Source: Chiloscyllium plagiosum (lineage: Eukaryota). Taken from it: a DNA stretch of 56,067 nucleotides. A program made the position numbers and the translations under genes. The DNA lies in NCBI RefSeq assembly GCF_004010195.1, contig NC_057750.1:17430255-17486321 (forward strand), read 5' to 3'. The notes under the pieces were generated by a model. It saw only the letters and a program-made list of their open reading frames with translations. It did not search any database and was not told the origin of the DNA. This document shows positions 36,410 to 50,088 of the stretch, piece after piece; within the stretch, counting starts at the first letter, position 1, and each line of letters opens with the position of its first letter.

Positions 36410-37315
36410 NNNNNNNNNNNNNNNNNNNNNNNNNNNNNNNNNNNNNNNNNNNNNNNNNNNNNNNNNNNNNNNNNNNNNNNNNNNNNNNNNNNNNNNNNNN
36501 NNNNNNNNNNNNNNNNNNNNNNNNNNNNNNNNNNNNNNNNNNNNNNNNNNNNNNNNNNNNNNNNNNNNNNNNNNNNNNNNNNNNNNNNNNNNNNNNNNNN
36601 NNNNNNNNNNNNNNNNNNNNNNNNNNNNNNNNNNNNNNNNNNNNNNNNNNNNNNNNNNNNNNNNNNNNNNNNNNNNNNNNNNNNNNNNNNNNNNNNNNNN
36701 NNNNNNNNNNNNNNNNNNNNNNNNNNNNNNNNNNNNNNNNNNNNNNNNNNNNNNNNNNNNNNNNNNNNNNNNNNNNNNNNNNNNNNNNNNNNNNNNNNNN
36801 NNNNNNNNNNNNNNNNNNNNNNNNNNNNNNNNNNNNNNNNNNNNNNNNNNNNNNNNNNNNNNNNNNNNNNNNNNNNNNNNNNNNNNNNNNNNNNNNNNNN
36901 NNNNNNNNNNNNNNNNNNNNNNNNNNNNNNNNNNNNNNNNNNNNNNNNNNNNNNNNNNNNNNNNNNNNNNNNNNNNNNNNNNNNNNNNNNNNNNNNNNNN
37001 NNNNNNNNNNNNNNNNNNNNNNNNNNNNNNNNNNNNNNNNNNNNNNNNNNNNNNNNNNNNNNNNNNNNNNNNNNNNNNNNNNNNNNNNNNNNNNNNNNNN
37101 NNNNNNNNNNNNNNNNNNNNNNNNNNNNNNNNNNNNNNNNNNNNNNNNNNNNNNNNNNNNNNNNNNNNNNNNNNNNNNNNNNNNNNNNNNNNNNNNNNNN
37201 NNNNNNNNNNNNNNNNNNNNNNNNNNNNNNNNNNNNNNNNNNNNNNNNNNNNNNNNNNNNNNNNNNNNNNNNNNNNNNNNNNNNNNNNNNNNNNNNNNNN
37301 NNNNNNNNNNNNNNN
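36410..37315. other. Assembly gap within a (CA)n-rich tract; other gaps at 17303-17891, 38179-38678 and 53853-53976
   Basis: Runs of N. Confidence 0.99.
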
Positions 37316-38678
37316 TACACACACACACGCACATATATACACACACACACACAAGCAAATAAACACACACAAACACACAGACAAACACACACATATACAC
37401 ATACACACAGACACAGACACACATATATACACACACAGGATCATTCTCCACACAGATCCCCAACTCAGATCAACAGGATCATGGTCCACACAGATCCCCA
37501 ACTGGAATCAACAAACCCAGCTATGACCTGAGGCAATGGGACATCATCTTTGTTACTTTCATTTTGAAACTGAAAATGATCTATTCTGTCCAACAGTCAC
37601 CACTCAGCTCTCCTGGGAAACCTTCAGAATGATGGGGCTGGAGATTACAAGCCCCCAGAATTGTTTATGGTGAAGACTGGGGGCCACATGAAATAGGACA
37701 GGTGCCCAGCCTGCCATGTGCCCACCTTCCCTCGAGATCAGCCCCATATCATGGAAGTGCTAACTTCGGGTAGCACCCTACAAAATGTAAATAGACAATT
37801 CAAGGTCAATTCAGCTTGCTAAAAGCTCAACCTGCCCACCCAATAATATGGCCTTTGGGAGTGGACTACACTTTTTTTCTTTATAAGTTATTAGATGTGT
37901 GGCAAATCTGTTCAGTATGCCCTCTAAGTGCCCCTCCAGAGGACAGTATTCCCTGCCTCACTCACCTGCCCTCTCCCTCCCTCCCTAAAGTTGCAAGCCA
38001 TCTCAATGTTTGGATCCTTACTACCGGAGTCATAAACATGGGGTCTTCATCCTAGGACTGCTTGCAGTGTGGTATAGCAGTCAGAAACTTCGCTTGCAAT
38101 TGAATACAGTTCAACTGCAGTTCTGTTGTTGAATCTGTAGGGGACAATTGTTCATCATGCAACTTAGTTTAGTTCTGTNNNNNNNNNNNNNNNNNNNNNN
38201 NNNNNNNNNNNNNNNNNNNNNNNNNNNNNNNNNNNNNNNNNNNNNNNNNNNNNNNNNNNNNNNNNNNNNNNNNNNNNNNNNNNNNNNNNNNNNNNNNNNN
38301 NNNNNNNNNNNNNNNNNNNNNNNNNNNNNNNNNNNNNNNNNNNNNNNNNNNNNNNNNNNNNNNNNNNNNNNNNNNNNNNNNNNNNNNNNNNNNNNNNNNN
38401 NNNNNNNNNNNNNNNNNNNNNNNNNNNNNNNNNNNNNNNNNNNNNNNNNNNNNNNNNNNNNNNNNNNNNNNNNNNNNNNNNNNNNNNNNNNNNNNNNNNN
38501 NNNNNNNNNNNNNNNNNNNNNNNNNNNNNNNNNNNNNNNNNNNNNNNNNNNNNNNNNNNNNNNNNNNNNNNNNNNNNNNNNNNNNNNNNNNNNNNNNNNN
38601 NNNNNNNNNNNNNNNNNNNNNNNNNNNNNNNNNNNNNNNNNNNNNNNNNNNNNNNNNNNNNNNNNNNNNNNNNNNNNN

Positions 38679-39265
38679 AGGACCCACCTACTGAGTGGGG
38701 GCCCTGTTATACGATAGCAAATGAACCTTCTTTAACCCCCAGTTTATGGGGTTACCGTTGTCCATTTGACTGTCCTATCTCTGGGGTAGCTGTCTGCATC
38801 CCCATGATGAGCACGAACTGCTGGACCCTCGCTGGGCTGAGGCAGCTATCCAGGCTCTCACTGGGGTCATTTACCTGCTCTGGAGTCATTGAGTCAAGGC
38901 AAGGGTCCGCACCGTCCAGTTCTGTGTCTGACAATGGGACTGTCAGAGGATCGCAGCTCTCAGTTGCCTGTAGTTGTGGGGCAGTGGGTGCCCCCTGGTT
39001 CTCACTGGGTGGAGGGTGGACTTCGGGGGGTCCGTTGTTTCCTGGTAGGGAGGAAATGCCCTCCTCTGTATCTACGGCGCTCTGTCTCTTCTTCTGGTGG
39101 TGATGACAGTCTGCTCAGGGAACCGCTCGACAGGATCCGCCCTCTCCTTTTCCCGAAGGGTCTCAAGGACACTACGTGCTGACCACTTCCTGATGGACTT
39201 GTGGTCAAAGGTGTTTTTCTTCATAAATTTCTCCACGATGGACATGTGGTACGGAACGATCCCAT
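38679..39265 (-). mobile_element. Tx1/L1-clade fragment (ORF2 middle joined to an ORF1-like segment)
   Basis: Minus-strand peptide VPYHMSIVEKFMKKNTFDHKSIRKWSARSVLETLREKERADPVERFPEQTV at about 39105-39260. Confidence 0.65.
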
Positions 39266-39821
39266 ATACTTAAGCAGGTAGAACATTTCAATTAGATATC
39301 AGATCATTTGTCGGGGTCCCACATCCTCACACTTGGTTGGAGGTGCTCTTTAAGGTGGATGCAAATGATGTACATTAGAACGGGGGTGGGGGTGTGAAGG
39401 TTTTGATTTTGCACACAACTAGATACTGGAATGCATATGTGATGGCAATGTCTCTTTACCTATGTATGTACCAAAGATCAAAACATTGCCCTCATTTGCA
39501 TGTTAAAGGTAATTATACATCAGTTAATAAATTCAACTGTGTGCTTTTCCCTTATGTTATTTTGTCAGTTGGAGACAGCCTGTCATAATTTAATTTTTCT
39601 CTTTGTAATACAGAAGCAGAGGAAATTATATATTGAAAAATTGCCATCTGTTGTTTTTGTTGTATTTTGAAACTTCGCAACAAAAAAAATATTGATTTTT
39701 TTTTCAGATATTGAAATAAGGGGATTAAAATGTTTAAGAATGAATAACCACACAGAGCATTTCAGGTTATTTGTGAGTATGCAAGTTCTTTGACCTGAGA
39801 CAGTGTTGTTTGAAGGAACTG

Positions 39822-40018
39822 AAAATGTGTTGCTGGAAAAGCGCAGCAGGTCAGGCAGCATCCAAGGAGCAGGAGAATCAGGAATGATTCCTGAAGAAGG
39901 GCTCATGCCCGAACCGTCGATTCTCCTGCTCCTTGGATGCTGCCTGACCTGCTGCGCTTTTCCAGCAACACATTTTCAGCTCTGATCTCCAGCATCTGCA
40001 GCCCTCACTTTCTCCTTG
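39822..40018. mobile_element. Family-A palindromic hammerhead mini-element with a 12-bp TSD
   Basis: Perfect inverted arms of about 60 bp. Core CTGAAGAAGGGCTCATGCCCGAACCGTC. TSD TTGAAGGAACTG at 39810-39821 and 40019-40030. Confidence 0.88.
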
Positions 40019-40714
40019 TTGAAGGAACTGCCAGGTCTCCTCCCGCCAACTACATGCTGCAGATTAAATATTCCCACAATTGGAAAATGAGCTGTTGGGT
40101 TAAGGAGCTGAATTTCAGGAAGGCAACTGATCAGGCCAAATCTTTTTGTGGGGTGTGCACTGTTTCGTTGCCTTTCTGTGTCAGTGTTTTAATGCTGTAG
40201 CCTGCACACAGTGAGAGCAATGAGGTACTGGGAACTTTGGTCAAAGGCGGAATGTTCAGTGCCCCAGAAAGGGTGGGAGGGAAGGTGAAAGGTCAAGGAA
40301 GGGAGGATTGAGAGACCAGCGTAGGTCAAATTCAACATAGTGCTTGAAGGGGAGAAAGGTGAAAGAGCGGCTGAGAGGCTAGCGTTCGGTAAGTCTGATA
40401 GGGTAAAAATGGAAGATTAGCGGGAGTCACTGCAAAACAACTTAATGTGATACCGAGTCCATTTATACACTTAGGACGAAATTAGAACCATAGATGATGA
40501 AAAAAGGAATGGAAGAGAACACAAATACTGAAAGAACAAAGTGTGGAATAGTCATTTTGGAAATTCCAAGGAGGCTGATATTGAATTGGGATCAAGGACT
40601 CTCAAAATTAATGTCAATAAAAAAATCAATAATGGGTTTGAAGAATGACAAGCCCCCAGAATCAGATAGTCCCCATTCCAGGATTTTAAAGGAAGTGAGT
40701 GCGAATTCATTACA

Positions 40715-41032
40715 TTAGAATCCCTACAGTATGGAAACAGGCCATTTGGCCCAACATGTCCACACCAACCCTCTGAAGAGTAACAACCCACCCAGACCCC
40801 TACCCTATATTTACCCTGACTAATGCATCTAATACTATGGACAATTGAGCATGGCTAATTCACCTGACTTGCACATCTTTGGATTGTGGGAGGAAACCAG
40901 GGCACCCGGAGGAAACCCACGCAGACACGGGGAGAATGTGCAAACTCCACACAGTCGCCTGAGGTGGGTATTGAATCCAGGCCCCTGGCACTGTGAGGCA
41001 GCAGTGCTAACTGCTGAGCTACCATGCCACCC
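40715..41032 (-). mobile_element. HE1 V-SINE in an old CR1 relic
   Basis: Reverse-complement HE1 from tail to head. Confidence 0.88.
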
Positions 41033-41372
41033 TTATTCCTTAATTATAACCTTCTAAAGTTCTGTTCGGGATAAATTCCCTTAAATTGCAGTAAGATGCT
41101 TGCCCCTTTGCTCTCTAAGAAAGTTTAGAGAGAAAAATAAGGAGTTATCAGGTGAACTACAAGAGCATTCCACAGTGTTGAAAATTGCAACTGTGAAAAA
41201 AGATTAGATGGGTCATACTGGACTCCAAATGTTACAACTGTGTCTCTGTCTACAGATACTGCCAGATCTGCTGAGTTTCTCTAGCACTTTTTGTTTGTAT
41301 TTTAAATTTCTTAATTGAAATTTAAATTTATTAATAGAAAGCAGGAGTTTTCAGCATTGCTTCACTTGAGGC

Positions 41373-41412
41373 CCACTGAAGATGTTACCTAGTAGGGTAA
41401 CGAAACATCTGG
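41373..41412 (+). ncRNA. Hammerhead ribozyme-like motif (family D), in a Penelope-type terminus
   Basis: CCA-CUGAAGA-U-GUUACCU-AGUA-GGGUAAC-GAAA-CA-UC^UGG, with a 7-bp stem II and stem I CCA/UGG. The ACGU palindrome has decayed to ACAU. Confidence 0.7.
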
Positions 41413-41459
41413 AAATGAACCTTTCAGCTCAGCAAGCAAATTTACATCCAATATAATGA

Positions 41460-42135
41460 GGAGCTTGGAGAGTCACAGGTAGATAGGATAGTGAAGAAGG
41501 CATTTGGTATGCTTTCCTTTATTGGACAGAGTATTGAATGCAGGAGTTGGGAGGTCATGTTGCGTCTGTACAGGACATTGGTTAGACCACTGTTGGAATA
41601 TTGTGTGCAATTCTGGTGTCCTTCCTATTGGAAAGATGTTGTGAAACTTGAAAGTTTCAGAAAGAATTTACAAGGATGTCTTAAGGTTCAGAGGATTTGA
41701 GCTCTAGGGAGAGGCTGAACAGGCTGGGGCTGTTTTCCCTGGAGCATTGGAGGCTGAGGGGTGATCTTACAGATATAGATAAAATCATGAGGGCATGGAC
41801 GGGATAAATAGACAAGGCCTTTTCCCTGGGGTGAGGGAGTCCAGAACTAGAGGGCATAGGTTCAAGGTGAGAGGGGAAAGATAAAAAAGAGACTAAAGGG
41901 CAACTTTTTCACGCAGAGAGTGGTGCATGTATGGAATGAGCTACCAGAGGGAGTGGTAGAGGCTGGTGCAATTATAGCATTGAACAGGCATCTGGATGGA
42001 TATATGAATAGGAAGGGTTTGGAGGGATATGGGCCAAGTGCTGGCAAATGGACTAGATCAGATTAGAATATCTGGGTGGCATGGATGAGTTGGACTGAAT
42101 GGTCTGTTTCTGTGCTGTATATCTCTATGACTCTG
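41460..42135 (+). mobile_element. CR1 3' end
   Basis: [15 protein letters not shown]...WNEL, followed by a ctctatgactct tail. Confidence 0.88.
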
Positions 42136-43482
42136 TAATTGTTTGCCCACCAGAAATCAGTGACCCAGGGCATACAGATTTAAGGTGATTGACAGGAGAT
42201 TTGGAGGGGACATGAGGAAAATAGTTTTCACCCAGAGGCTGGTCAGGATCCAGAATACGCCTCCCAGTTTGGTCGTTGGGCCAGAGACCCTTAACTCATT
42301 TAAAATGAATCTGGATCTGCCTCTGAAGTGTGAAGCTAGCTACCAGGTGCTGGTAAGGGGGATTAGAATGGGCTGCTAGTTTATCCAGCCAGTATAGATA
42401 TGATGGGGTGAATGGCCTTTCTCTGCGTTGTAGCTTTTCTGTGTTTCCCTTCTTCAATGGGAATTATCCATCAGTTAGTGTAGCTAAAGGCAGGCACTAT
42501 GGGGCCAGAGTTTGTGGCTTGCTTTGAGATAGAGCAGATGGACCGAGAAATGGCAGGAAGCATTGTGCAGCCAAACACCCCACCTCTGTGTCCAGTACCA
42601 TTGTGAGGCTGAGAAAGGGTGTGCGTACATCTGATCTCACCAGAGCCCCCAAGCAGCCCATTTAATCTCGGTAATGGCTTGTTAAAGCCCATCTCTGGAA
42701 ACCTTTTGCATTTTCTTGGAAAGTAGCTGGAGGCAAGCAAAGACCAGAGACTCAGAGAGTCATATAATATGGAAATAGACCCTTTGGTCCAAATTGCCGA
42801 CCAGATATCCTGAACCGATCGAGTCCCATTTGCCAGCATTTGGCCCATATCCCTGTAAACCCTTCCTATTCATTTCAGGGTGAGTGATGAGGCAGGGTAA
42901 GTTTTAAAAGGCAAGTCTAAATGCCTACCTCCTTGAAGTAAATGTTATAGCAGCCCGTGACAAGTCAGGAGAGAAGTCTGGATAGAATGCGAAACTTTGC
43001 CAGTTTTGGAGATGGTCATCCTCCTGGCATCAAGACAGCTGCTGCTTAAGATTCCACCTGAACATCAGGAAGTGAACGACTGGGAATGGGAGCTGGCTCC
43101 TCTGAGATCGAGGCTGTCAGAGATGAGGATCTCTCCAGCTGCACTTGGAGGACAGCCATCAGAGAGGGAGGATGGTTGAGAAGGAGGCAAGACCCTGAGT
43201 ATGGGATCCATAGGCAGAAGTGAAGAGATCCAGAGCAGTGCCAGTCCGTGGTACAAACTCCCTCATTGAGGACAATCTGCAGTCCTGATGTGGCTGATAC
43301 GAGTGTCTAAATGGGTCCCCACTTCGCCTGAGCTTAAAGGGCCGAATGGCCTACTCCTCCTCCTGTTTTTAATGTGAGGACGCCACAAATAGTCACTTTA
43401 TTTAATAACTACTTAGATAACTGGATAGAAAACCAGATACTGAAACTTGCTGACGATTCCAAAGTAGGCAGCATTATAAGTT

Positions 43483-43630
43483 GGGCAAAAGTGAGGACTG
43501 CAGATGCTGGAAACCAGAGTGTAGATCAGAGTGGTGCTGGAAAAGCACAGCAGGTCAGGCAGCATCCGAGGAGCAGGAAAATCGATGTTTCAGGTAAAAG
43601 CCCTTCATCAGGAATGGGTGGAGAGATAAA
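43483..43630 (-). mobile_element. Family-A hammerhead terminal repeat
   Basis: aaaatcgatgtttcaggtaaaagcccttcatcagga. Confidence 0.75.
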
Positions 43631-43769
43631 TAGGGGGTGGGTGGGGGGGTAAGTTGTGTAAATGGAAAAAGAAAATCAGAAAAAAATCACAGGTAAATTC
43701 AGGAACATGGAGAAAACCAAGGCAAATAGATTTCAATTTAGACAAGAGAGGTCATCCACTTGGTGTGAT

Positions 43770-44090
43770 CAACAAGACTCACTGCAGAAATTCACCAAGC
43801 TCCTTAGACAGCACCTTCCATGATCATGTCCACTTAGAAGGACAAGGGCAGCATATGCATGGGAACACCACCCCTTGAAAGTTCCCTTCCAGGTCATTCA
43901 CCATCCAGACTTGGAAATATTCCACCGTTCCTTCAGTGTCACTAGATCAAAATCCTGGAGTTCCCTAATGGCATTGTGGGTATGCTTACTGCAAGAAGGT
44001 AGCTCACCACCACCTTCACCAGGAAAACTAGGAACGGGTAATAAATGCTGGCCCAGCTGGCAATGCCCACATCCCATGAATGACGAAAGA
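43770..44090 (+). mobile_element. Ancient CR1/L2-group LINE 3' end; related pieces at about 51360-52345 (+) and 52350-52780 (-)
   Basis: Shared tcaccaag...cagcaccttcc...ggacaagggcagc...aataaatgctggcc sequence among copies. Confidence 0.6.
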
Positions 44091-45839
44091 AAGCTCACCT
44101 GGAATATGATAAGCTGACAGTGCACCACTGAATTATCAGTCTAGATTATTGTACTTGAGTCCTGAGAGTGGGATTTGAACCCCGAACCTTATAACTCAGA
44201 TTTGAGACCCACTGAACAATGGCTGATACCCAAGAATATCTGTTTTAACGAGGTTACATGCAGACGTGTATGATTTAGCCCAGGGTATTAAATAATATGT
44301 TGCTGGATTCTGGAAGACATTAACCTACAAAGTGTTTGTTGACCAGTGTTAGATAGTGTTGTCAATTGAATATTCTGGCTAGTGTTACTCGAAAGGTTTT
44401 TCTGACTTTTTGCATGTGGCAGATGTTGGGAAGCAACAAAGTTGGCAGTAGCTCCTTTGTATAAATTTGCATATCCCACATGGTGATGCTCAGAATTGAA
44501 AAATGAAAGGAGCACATAAATTTGTGCTCCGAAGTACTGTGCAATGAATCAGTGCTCCTCCAAGTTGAATAACACTCAGAGGAAGTGCTGAGGGTGGCAA
44601 AGACACTGAATGCATTCCAGATGGGGGTATTCAATGGCCGTTAACAAGAATGGCTTGGTAGCAGCATTGCTGACTGAATCGTTAAGGCCATAACTACTAG
44701 ATGAGATCTGTAGCAGGTAGCCTGCCATCCCTATCCTCCACACCAATCCATTTATCACAGAGAGAGAGACAGAGGGAGAGAGAGAGAGAGAGGGGGGGAC
44801 TGGCGGGGTGGGGGGAGAGGGATGCGTCTGTCCATGAGACTATCACTAGGATTAACACCAAATGGTCCTTGAGGAGGCAAAGTCTCCTCTGGATTCCACA
44901 TTTTAACTTTTTTAAGCTCCATCTCCCTCACCCCCTGTTCTTTTGCTGTCCTCCCACATTCTGACTGAATTTAGAAACCAAATGGTGCTATATTGTCATG
45001 AACCTGTCTGCTAGTTTGTTCTGTAACTAGACTTCTGGCAATGTGTTGCAAAATCCTCTGTAGAAGGGAATAATCATTGATCTGAAACTTATTATCGGAA
45101 TTAACTTTCTAAATCAACACAAGCTTCTGTTAGTCTCTGAATAACAGGAGAATAAACATGATCAAAAACTTGTTGGAAGCTGCATCTAAAATTTATTAAC
45201 ACCAAAGAGCAGGTAGTGATGGAAAATTAACACAGCAGATTTTATTTGATTGCAGAAATTTTAATTTGTTCTGCCTCAGAAACAAAACAAAGTGTTTGAC
45301 TCTTTGCCAACTCTCCCAGCCTTGCTAAAAACTGGATGAGTGCCCATCACAGGAACTTAAGGGTTGTGTCTCTTCAAATTGAAGACTCCAACCTCTATCT
45401 TGATGTGTTGGAAAAAAATGATGATGAATTTCGGCAGAGGTTGCTGAGTACATGTTAGCCCCTCGCCACAGAGCAATTAATCAACACCACTGCTTCCTCT
45501 TGGGCAATGAAGATGTTTCTGCTATCAATTCTAACACTTCCCAATGCATATGCTCCATTATTCCACTTTCCAATTACACCTTAAAGTACTGCACTGTTCC
45601 TGAGAAATCAATGCTCTGACAACACCAAGATCTTGCATTCATAAGGCATTAGGAACAGGATAAAGTGTTTTGTCAACATGTATAAAGGAAGCAGACAGTA
45701 ATGGAGAGATTGAGAGAGCAAGAGACTTCAGTGTAAAACACACTTGAGGGAATACTGCACTGTTGAAGCTTCAATCTTTTTGATGAGCTATTAAATCGAG
45801 GCCCCCATCTGTTAATTGGATGGAGACAATGGGGATCAT

Positions 45840-46770
45840 TTCATAGATTCATAAAGCACAGAAAAGGCCCTTCAGCCCATTGAGTCTGCACCAACATACT
45901 ACCACTAAAGATGCACTAATCCCAATTTCCTTCACTTGTCCTATGTCCTTGAATGTTATATTCTTTCAAATATTTTTAAACGTTGTAAAGTTTCAAGTCT
46001 CTGCTCACTTCCCAGACAGTGCGTTCTGGATTCCCGCCACTCACTGAGTGAGAATGTTTTTTTTTCCCAAATCCACCCTGAAATTATCCCCCCTCGTGAT
46101 TGACCCCTCAATCAAGGGGAATAGCTGCTCTCTATTCACCCTGCCCACACCTCTCATATCTTACACACCTCAATCATGTCCCCTACTCAGTCTTCTATGT
46201 TCCAAAGAAAACAATCCAAGCCTACCTAGTCTCTCCTTTTAGTTCAATTTCCCCATCCCAAGCAACATCCTCGTGAACCTTGTCTGTACCCCCTCCAGTG
46301 CTATCACATCCTTCCAAAGTGATGTGACCAGAACTGCACACAGTACTCCAGCTGTGGCCTGATCAATGCTCTCTACAGCCGCAACATTACCTCCTTGCTC
46401 TTATAGTCTATGCTATGACTGATGAAAGCAAGTTTCCTATATGCCTTCTTAACAAACGTATTCATGTGCTCCGCCGACTTGAGGGATCTGTGAATAAATA
46501 CCTAGAGATCCCTCTGTTCCTCTAAGCTACCCAGTGTACTGCCATCATTAAATACCCCTTCAGCTTGTTTCTTCTTACAAAGTGCACCACCTCACATTTA
46601 TCAGGGTTAAATGCCATCTGCCACTGGTCTGCCCAACTGACCCAATTATATTTTCCTGTAACCTACAAACATCTTTGCTCTTAACCACTCCACCGTTCCT
46701 GATGTTATCTGCAAATTTGCTGAACATTCCCCTCACATTTTCATCTGTATCATTTATGTTTATAACAAAT
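45840..46770 (-). mobile_element. Old CR1 LINE RT/3' region
   Basis: Reverse complement of FAD.. through LEYCVQFWS to the 3' UTR. Confidence 0.8.
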
Positions 46771-46929
46771 GTACAAAAACACCTATGTATGTAACAGTTG
46801 TGCTGCTATAAATGGAATGTACCTAGGTTAGGAGGTACATGTCTGTGTACCTTGGTAAATAAAATCTTTATTTGTTTAAAGATTGGCTCAGTTTTGTCCT
46901 CCACTGCTGGACTTTCTATCTGCTGACGG

Positions 46930-47325
46930 CAGTTTGGTAGCTGTGAATTATAAAATGCCACTCACATTGGCTGTCGAGGTCAGTGACATTCGTCTGGGTG
47001 CTATTTTATTACAAGATGGCGCAATTGGTATCAAACAGCCTGTCAGGTATTTTTCAAAGAAACTAACAGCATATCACCAGAAATATTTGACGATGGAGGA
47101 GACATTTCAGTTGTATGTTGGCTCTATATCATTTTGAAATAGATATCACCAATAACGTGAAAGTAGCTGCTATCTATATGAACCACCATCCTTTCTTTTG
47201 ACAAATGTTTGGGCAAGAATGTACAGTAGTTTCGGTGGAGTTTAATTCTCCAGCTGTACAACTTAAAAATCATTCATGTGCCAGAAAAAGAGTATGTTAT
47301 AGCAGACACATTGTCAAAAGGACGT
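46930..47325 (+). mobile_element. Gypsy/Ty3 RNase H fragment
   Basis: PLTLAVEVSDIRLGAILLQ...PVRYFSKKLTAYHQKYLTMEE...VIADTLSK. Confidence 0.8.
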
Positions 47326-49234
47326 ATGACAGAAACTGGTTGCTATGATGAAAATGGACTTAAGTATGGTTGGCTTGTAACTCATTGTATGTATAATATC
47401 CAATTATTACTACTGTTAATGTCTCATAGAAATAGAGTTGAAAATAATTTTTTATGAGTATCACAATTCACTGAGGTAATACTCTGGAAATCAAGTCCCA
47501 TCATTCTTGAAGTTGTCTCAAATGTGAAAATTTAATTAAACCACTGAATTGTCAGTTTAACCTAACTGTTCACTTGAAGTGATATACACACCAGATTTTT
47601 ACCTTTAACAAGAAAACCAAAACTTCTTGCAATCAATCAGCTCTGATGATCAGAAAGAAACATGAACAGCTAACTTATAACTCTCTGAACTTAAACTCTA
47701 CCGCTTTTAAAATATTCCTAGACACATACAAACAAACACATGAGACAAGACATGAACATTATGGTTGGAGAAGGAAGTCACTGAAGCTTAGTCCTGACAC
47801 GAGTCTGAATTATAGCATCAATACATTGTTTTCCTTTCAATTCCTTTCAATATTTTGATGAGGACACAAATTTGACAACAAACTGATTCTCAATCTTTTC
47901 ATTCACTCCTTGAAGATTTACCCTTTCTGGGTCTCTGAAAGTAGACACCCACCCCTCATTCTTTCAAGAAGGGAATTTGCAAGGTGAGCAATAACGCGGA
48001 ATTAGCTGCACAAAATAATTGTTTTATTTCTCCTCTCAGAGAAGAGAAAGAGCTGAACAGTAGTACTTACATTATCAACCACCCAGCTGTAACCACTCAC
48101 CCAGGAGCAAATCAAGAAGTTGTTACTATGCTGATTATTCCTGTACACGCACACACACAAAATTGATCTTGATTGAAAAAAAACCAAACAAAAGTCTATC
48201 AGTGGGCAGAACAGTCTGGAATGCGCATGCACACACGCACACACTTGAGGTAACTAGCATTCTTCTCCACTGCTTGAATTAGACAACATTGGAGATACAA
48301 CTCAAAATGAGTTCCAGTAGCTATTTTCTTTTACAACTGTGACACTTACTTCCACGGTTTAAAGCCGTATTTTCCCACGTTATATTTGCATCGTCCAAAA
48401 ATGAAAAGTGGTATTTACGGGGGAATACTTCTTAATGAGACATTTTCAATTATCTTTGTGGAAGGTGTTAGGACAGATGTGATTAATATATATTAATTTT
48501 TCAGCATTTGGATTTTAAACTAGTGGCATATGGGTGTTAGTCTATTTTTGCGGAGGGGTTTAAAAATTAATTAGGTCAGTCTTTTCAGAAGCATGATTTA
48601 AGTATGTGTCAGAGAACAGGACTGCAGGGCCTGAAATATTACATGCACATATTCTCAGGGAAACTTCAAACAGGGAGAAGCTTAACAAGATAACTAAGGG
48701 ACTGACGATTGCTTCCAAGTGACAGAAAGCCGTATCTAGCAGGCATGTTTGTTTTATCCTCCAGGAATACACAACAGTAAGAGTTCAAAAGTTAGTTTCA
48801 ACTCTACTGGGAGGGGATGAATGAAAATGAATGTTTTCATGTGTACCACCTATTATCATAGAATCCCTGCAGGCCTTTTAGCCCATAGAGTCCACACTGA
48901 TCCTCTGAAGATCATTTCACCCAGATCCACCCCCCTGCCCTATCTCTGTAACCATGCATTTCCCATGGCTAATCCACCTAGCCTGCACATCCCTGGACAT
49001 TTACATGTTGTGAAGACCACAGTTGAAGAAATATTCCCCTGCTTACCCCTATGTCACAAGTGAAAATCTCTTCAAATCTGAGTGCTGCAATTCAGTTAAA
49101 ATGTAGACAGGGCAATAAAGGATTCTCTCAGGTTCCTGAATGCTGGAATTCAATCAGGGTTGCAAGGCATCATAACTACAGAATCTCAACCAATCTGCGA
49201 AGCTAAGGATTGTGAAGTTTGCTGTTCACATATC

Positions 49235-49555
49235 ATAAGAACATAAGACGTAGGAACAGAAACTAGGCCTTTCAGCCCATCGAGTCTGCTCCGCCATTCA
49301 ATCGTGGCTGATAAACTTCTCAACCCTATTCTCCCACTTTCTCCCCTTGATCCATTGGACACTCAAGAACCTATCTATCTCCGTCTTAAAGACACTCAAT
49401 ATCCTGGCATCCACAGCCTTCCATGGCAGTGAATTACATAGATTCACCACTCCCTGGCTGACAAAGTTTCTCCTTATCTCTGTTTTAAAAGGTCTTGCCT
49501 TTAATGCTGTGCCCTCGTGTCCTGGTCTCTTCCTCCAAGGGAAACATCTTCCCAA
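49235..49555 (-). mobile_element. CR1-family 3' end
   Basis: Minus-strand ARPFKTEIRRNFVSQGVVNLCNSLP...FKTEIDRFL, with a cataagaacataag tail. Confidence 0.8.
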
Positions 49556-49747
49556 TGGCAATGCTACCAGTGATGGCTACATTTAACTATCCACTCTTCA
49601 TGAACAATTCAGACACTGCTCTGTGTATCTGTTGATTATAAAATTTATCTTTTTGGACTCTCCTCTTACACGTGGATTGGAAATATATGTGTTGCATTAG
49701 TATTTCTTGTTTGTAGTAATGAATAAACTGACTGTTCATCTCTTTTC

Positions 49748-50088
49748 AAAACAAGAAATGCTGGAAAGCACAGCGGGTCAGGCAGCATCTGTGGAGAGAG
49801 AGCAAGCTAATGTTTCGAGTCAAGTTGCCTCTTCATCAGAGCTGACATGAAGTGTGGAGGGGCCAGCATTTATGCAGTAGTGGTGGTGGGGAATGGAGGT
49901 GGTGTAGTGCTGGGAGAGAAAGGATGTTGATAGAGCAGATTAAGCCATCACATCAGCTCTGACGAAGAGTCATCTCGATTTGAAACGTTAGCGTGCTTTC
50001 TCTCTATGAATTCTGCCTGACCCGCTGTGATCTCCAGCGTTTTTTGTTTTCACGACAGACCCCAGCATCTGCAGTAATTTGCTCGTCC
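49748..50088. mobile_element. Family-E palindromic element with two opposed hammerhead motifs
   Basis: Plus strand GCU-CUGACGA-A-GAGUC-AUCUC-GAUUU-GAAA-CG-UU^AGC at 49956-49992. A minus-strand copy lies at about 49805-49842. Confidence 0.72.

Noticed and set aside
17098..38717. Long ORFs containing X runs (17098-18111, 36238-37526, 38148-38717)
   Set aside because: They are artefacts of translating through N gaps and (CA)n repeats.
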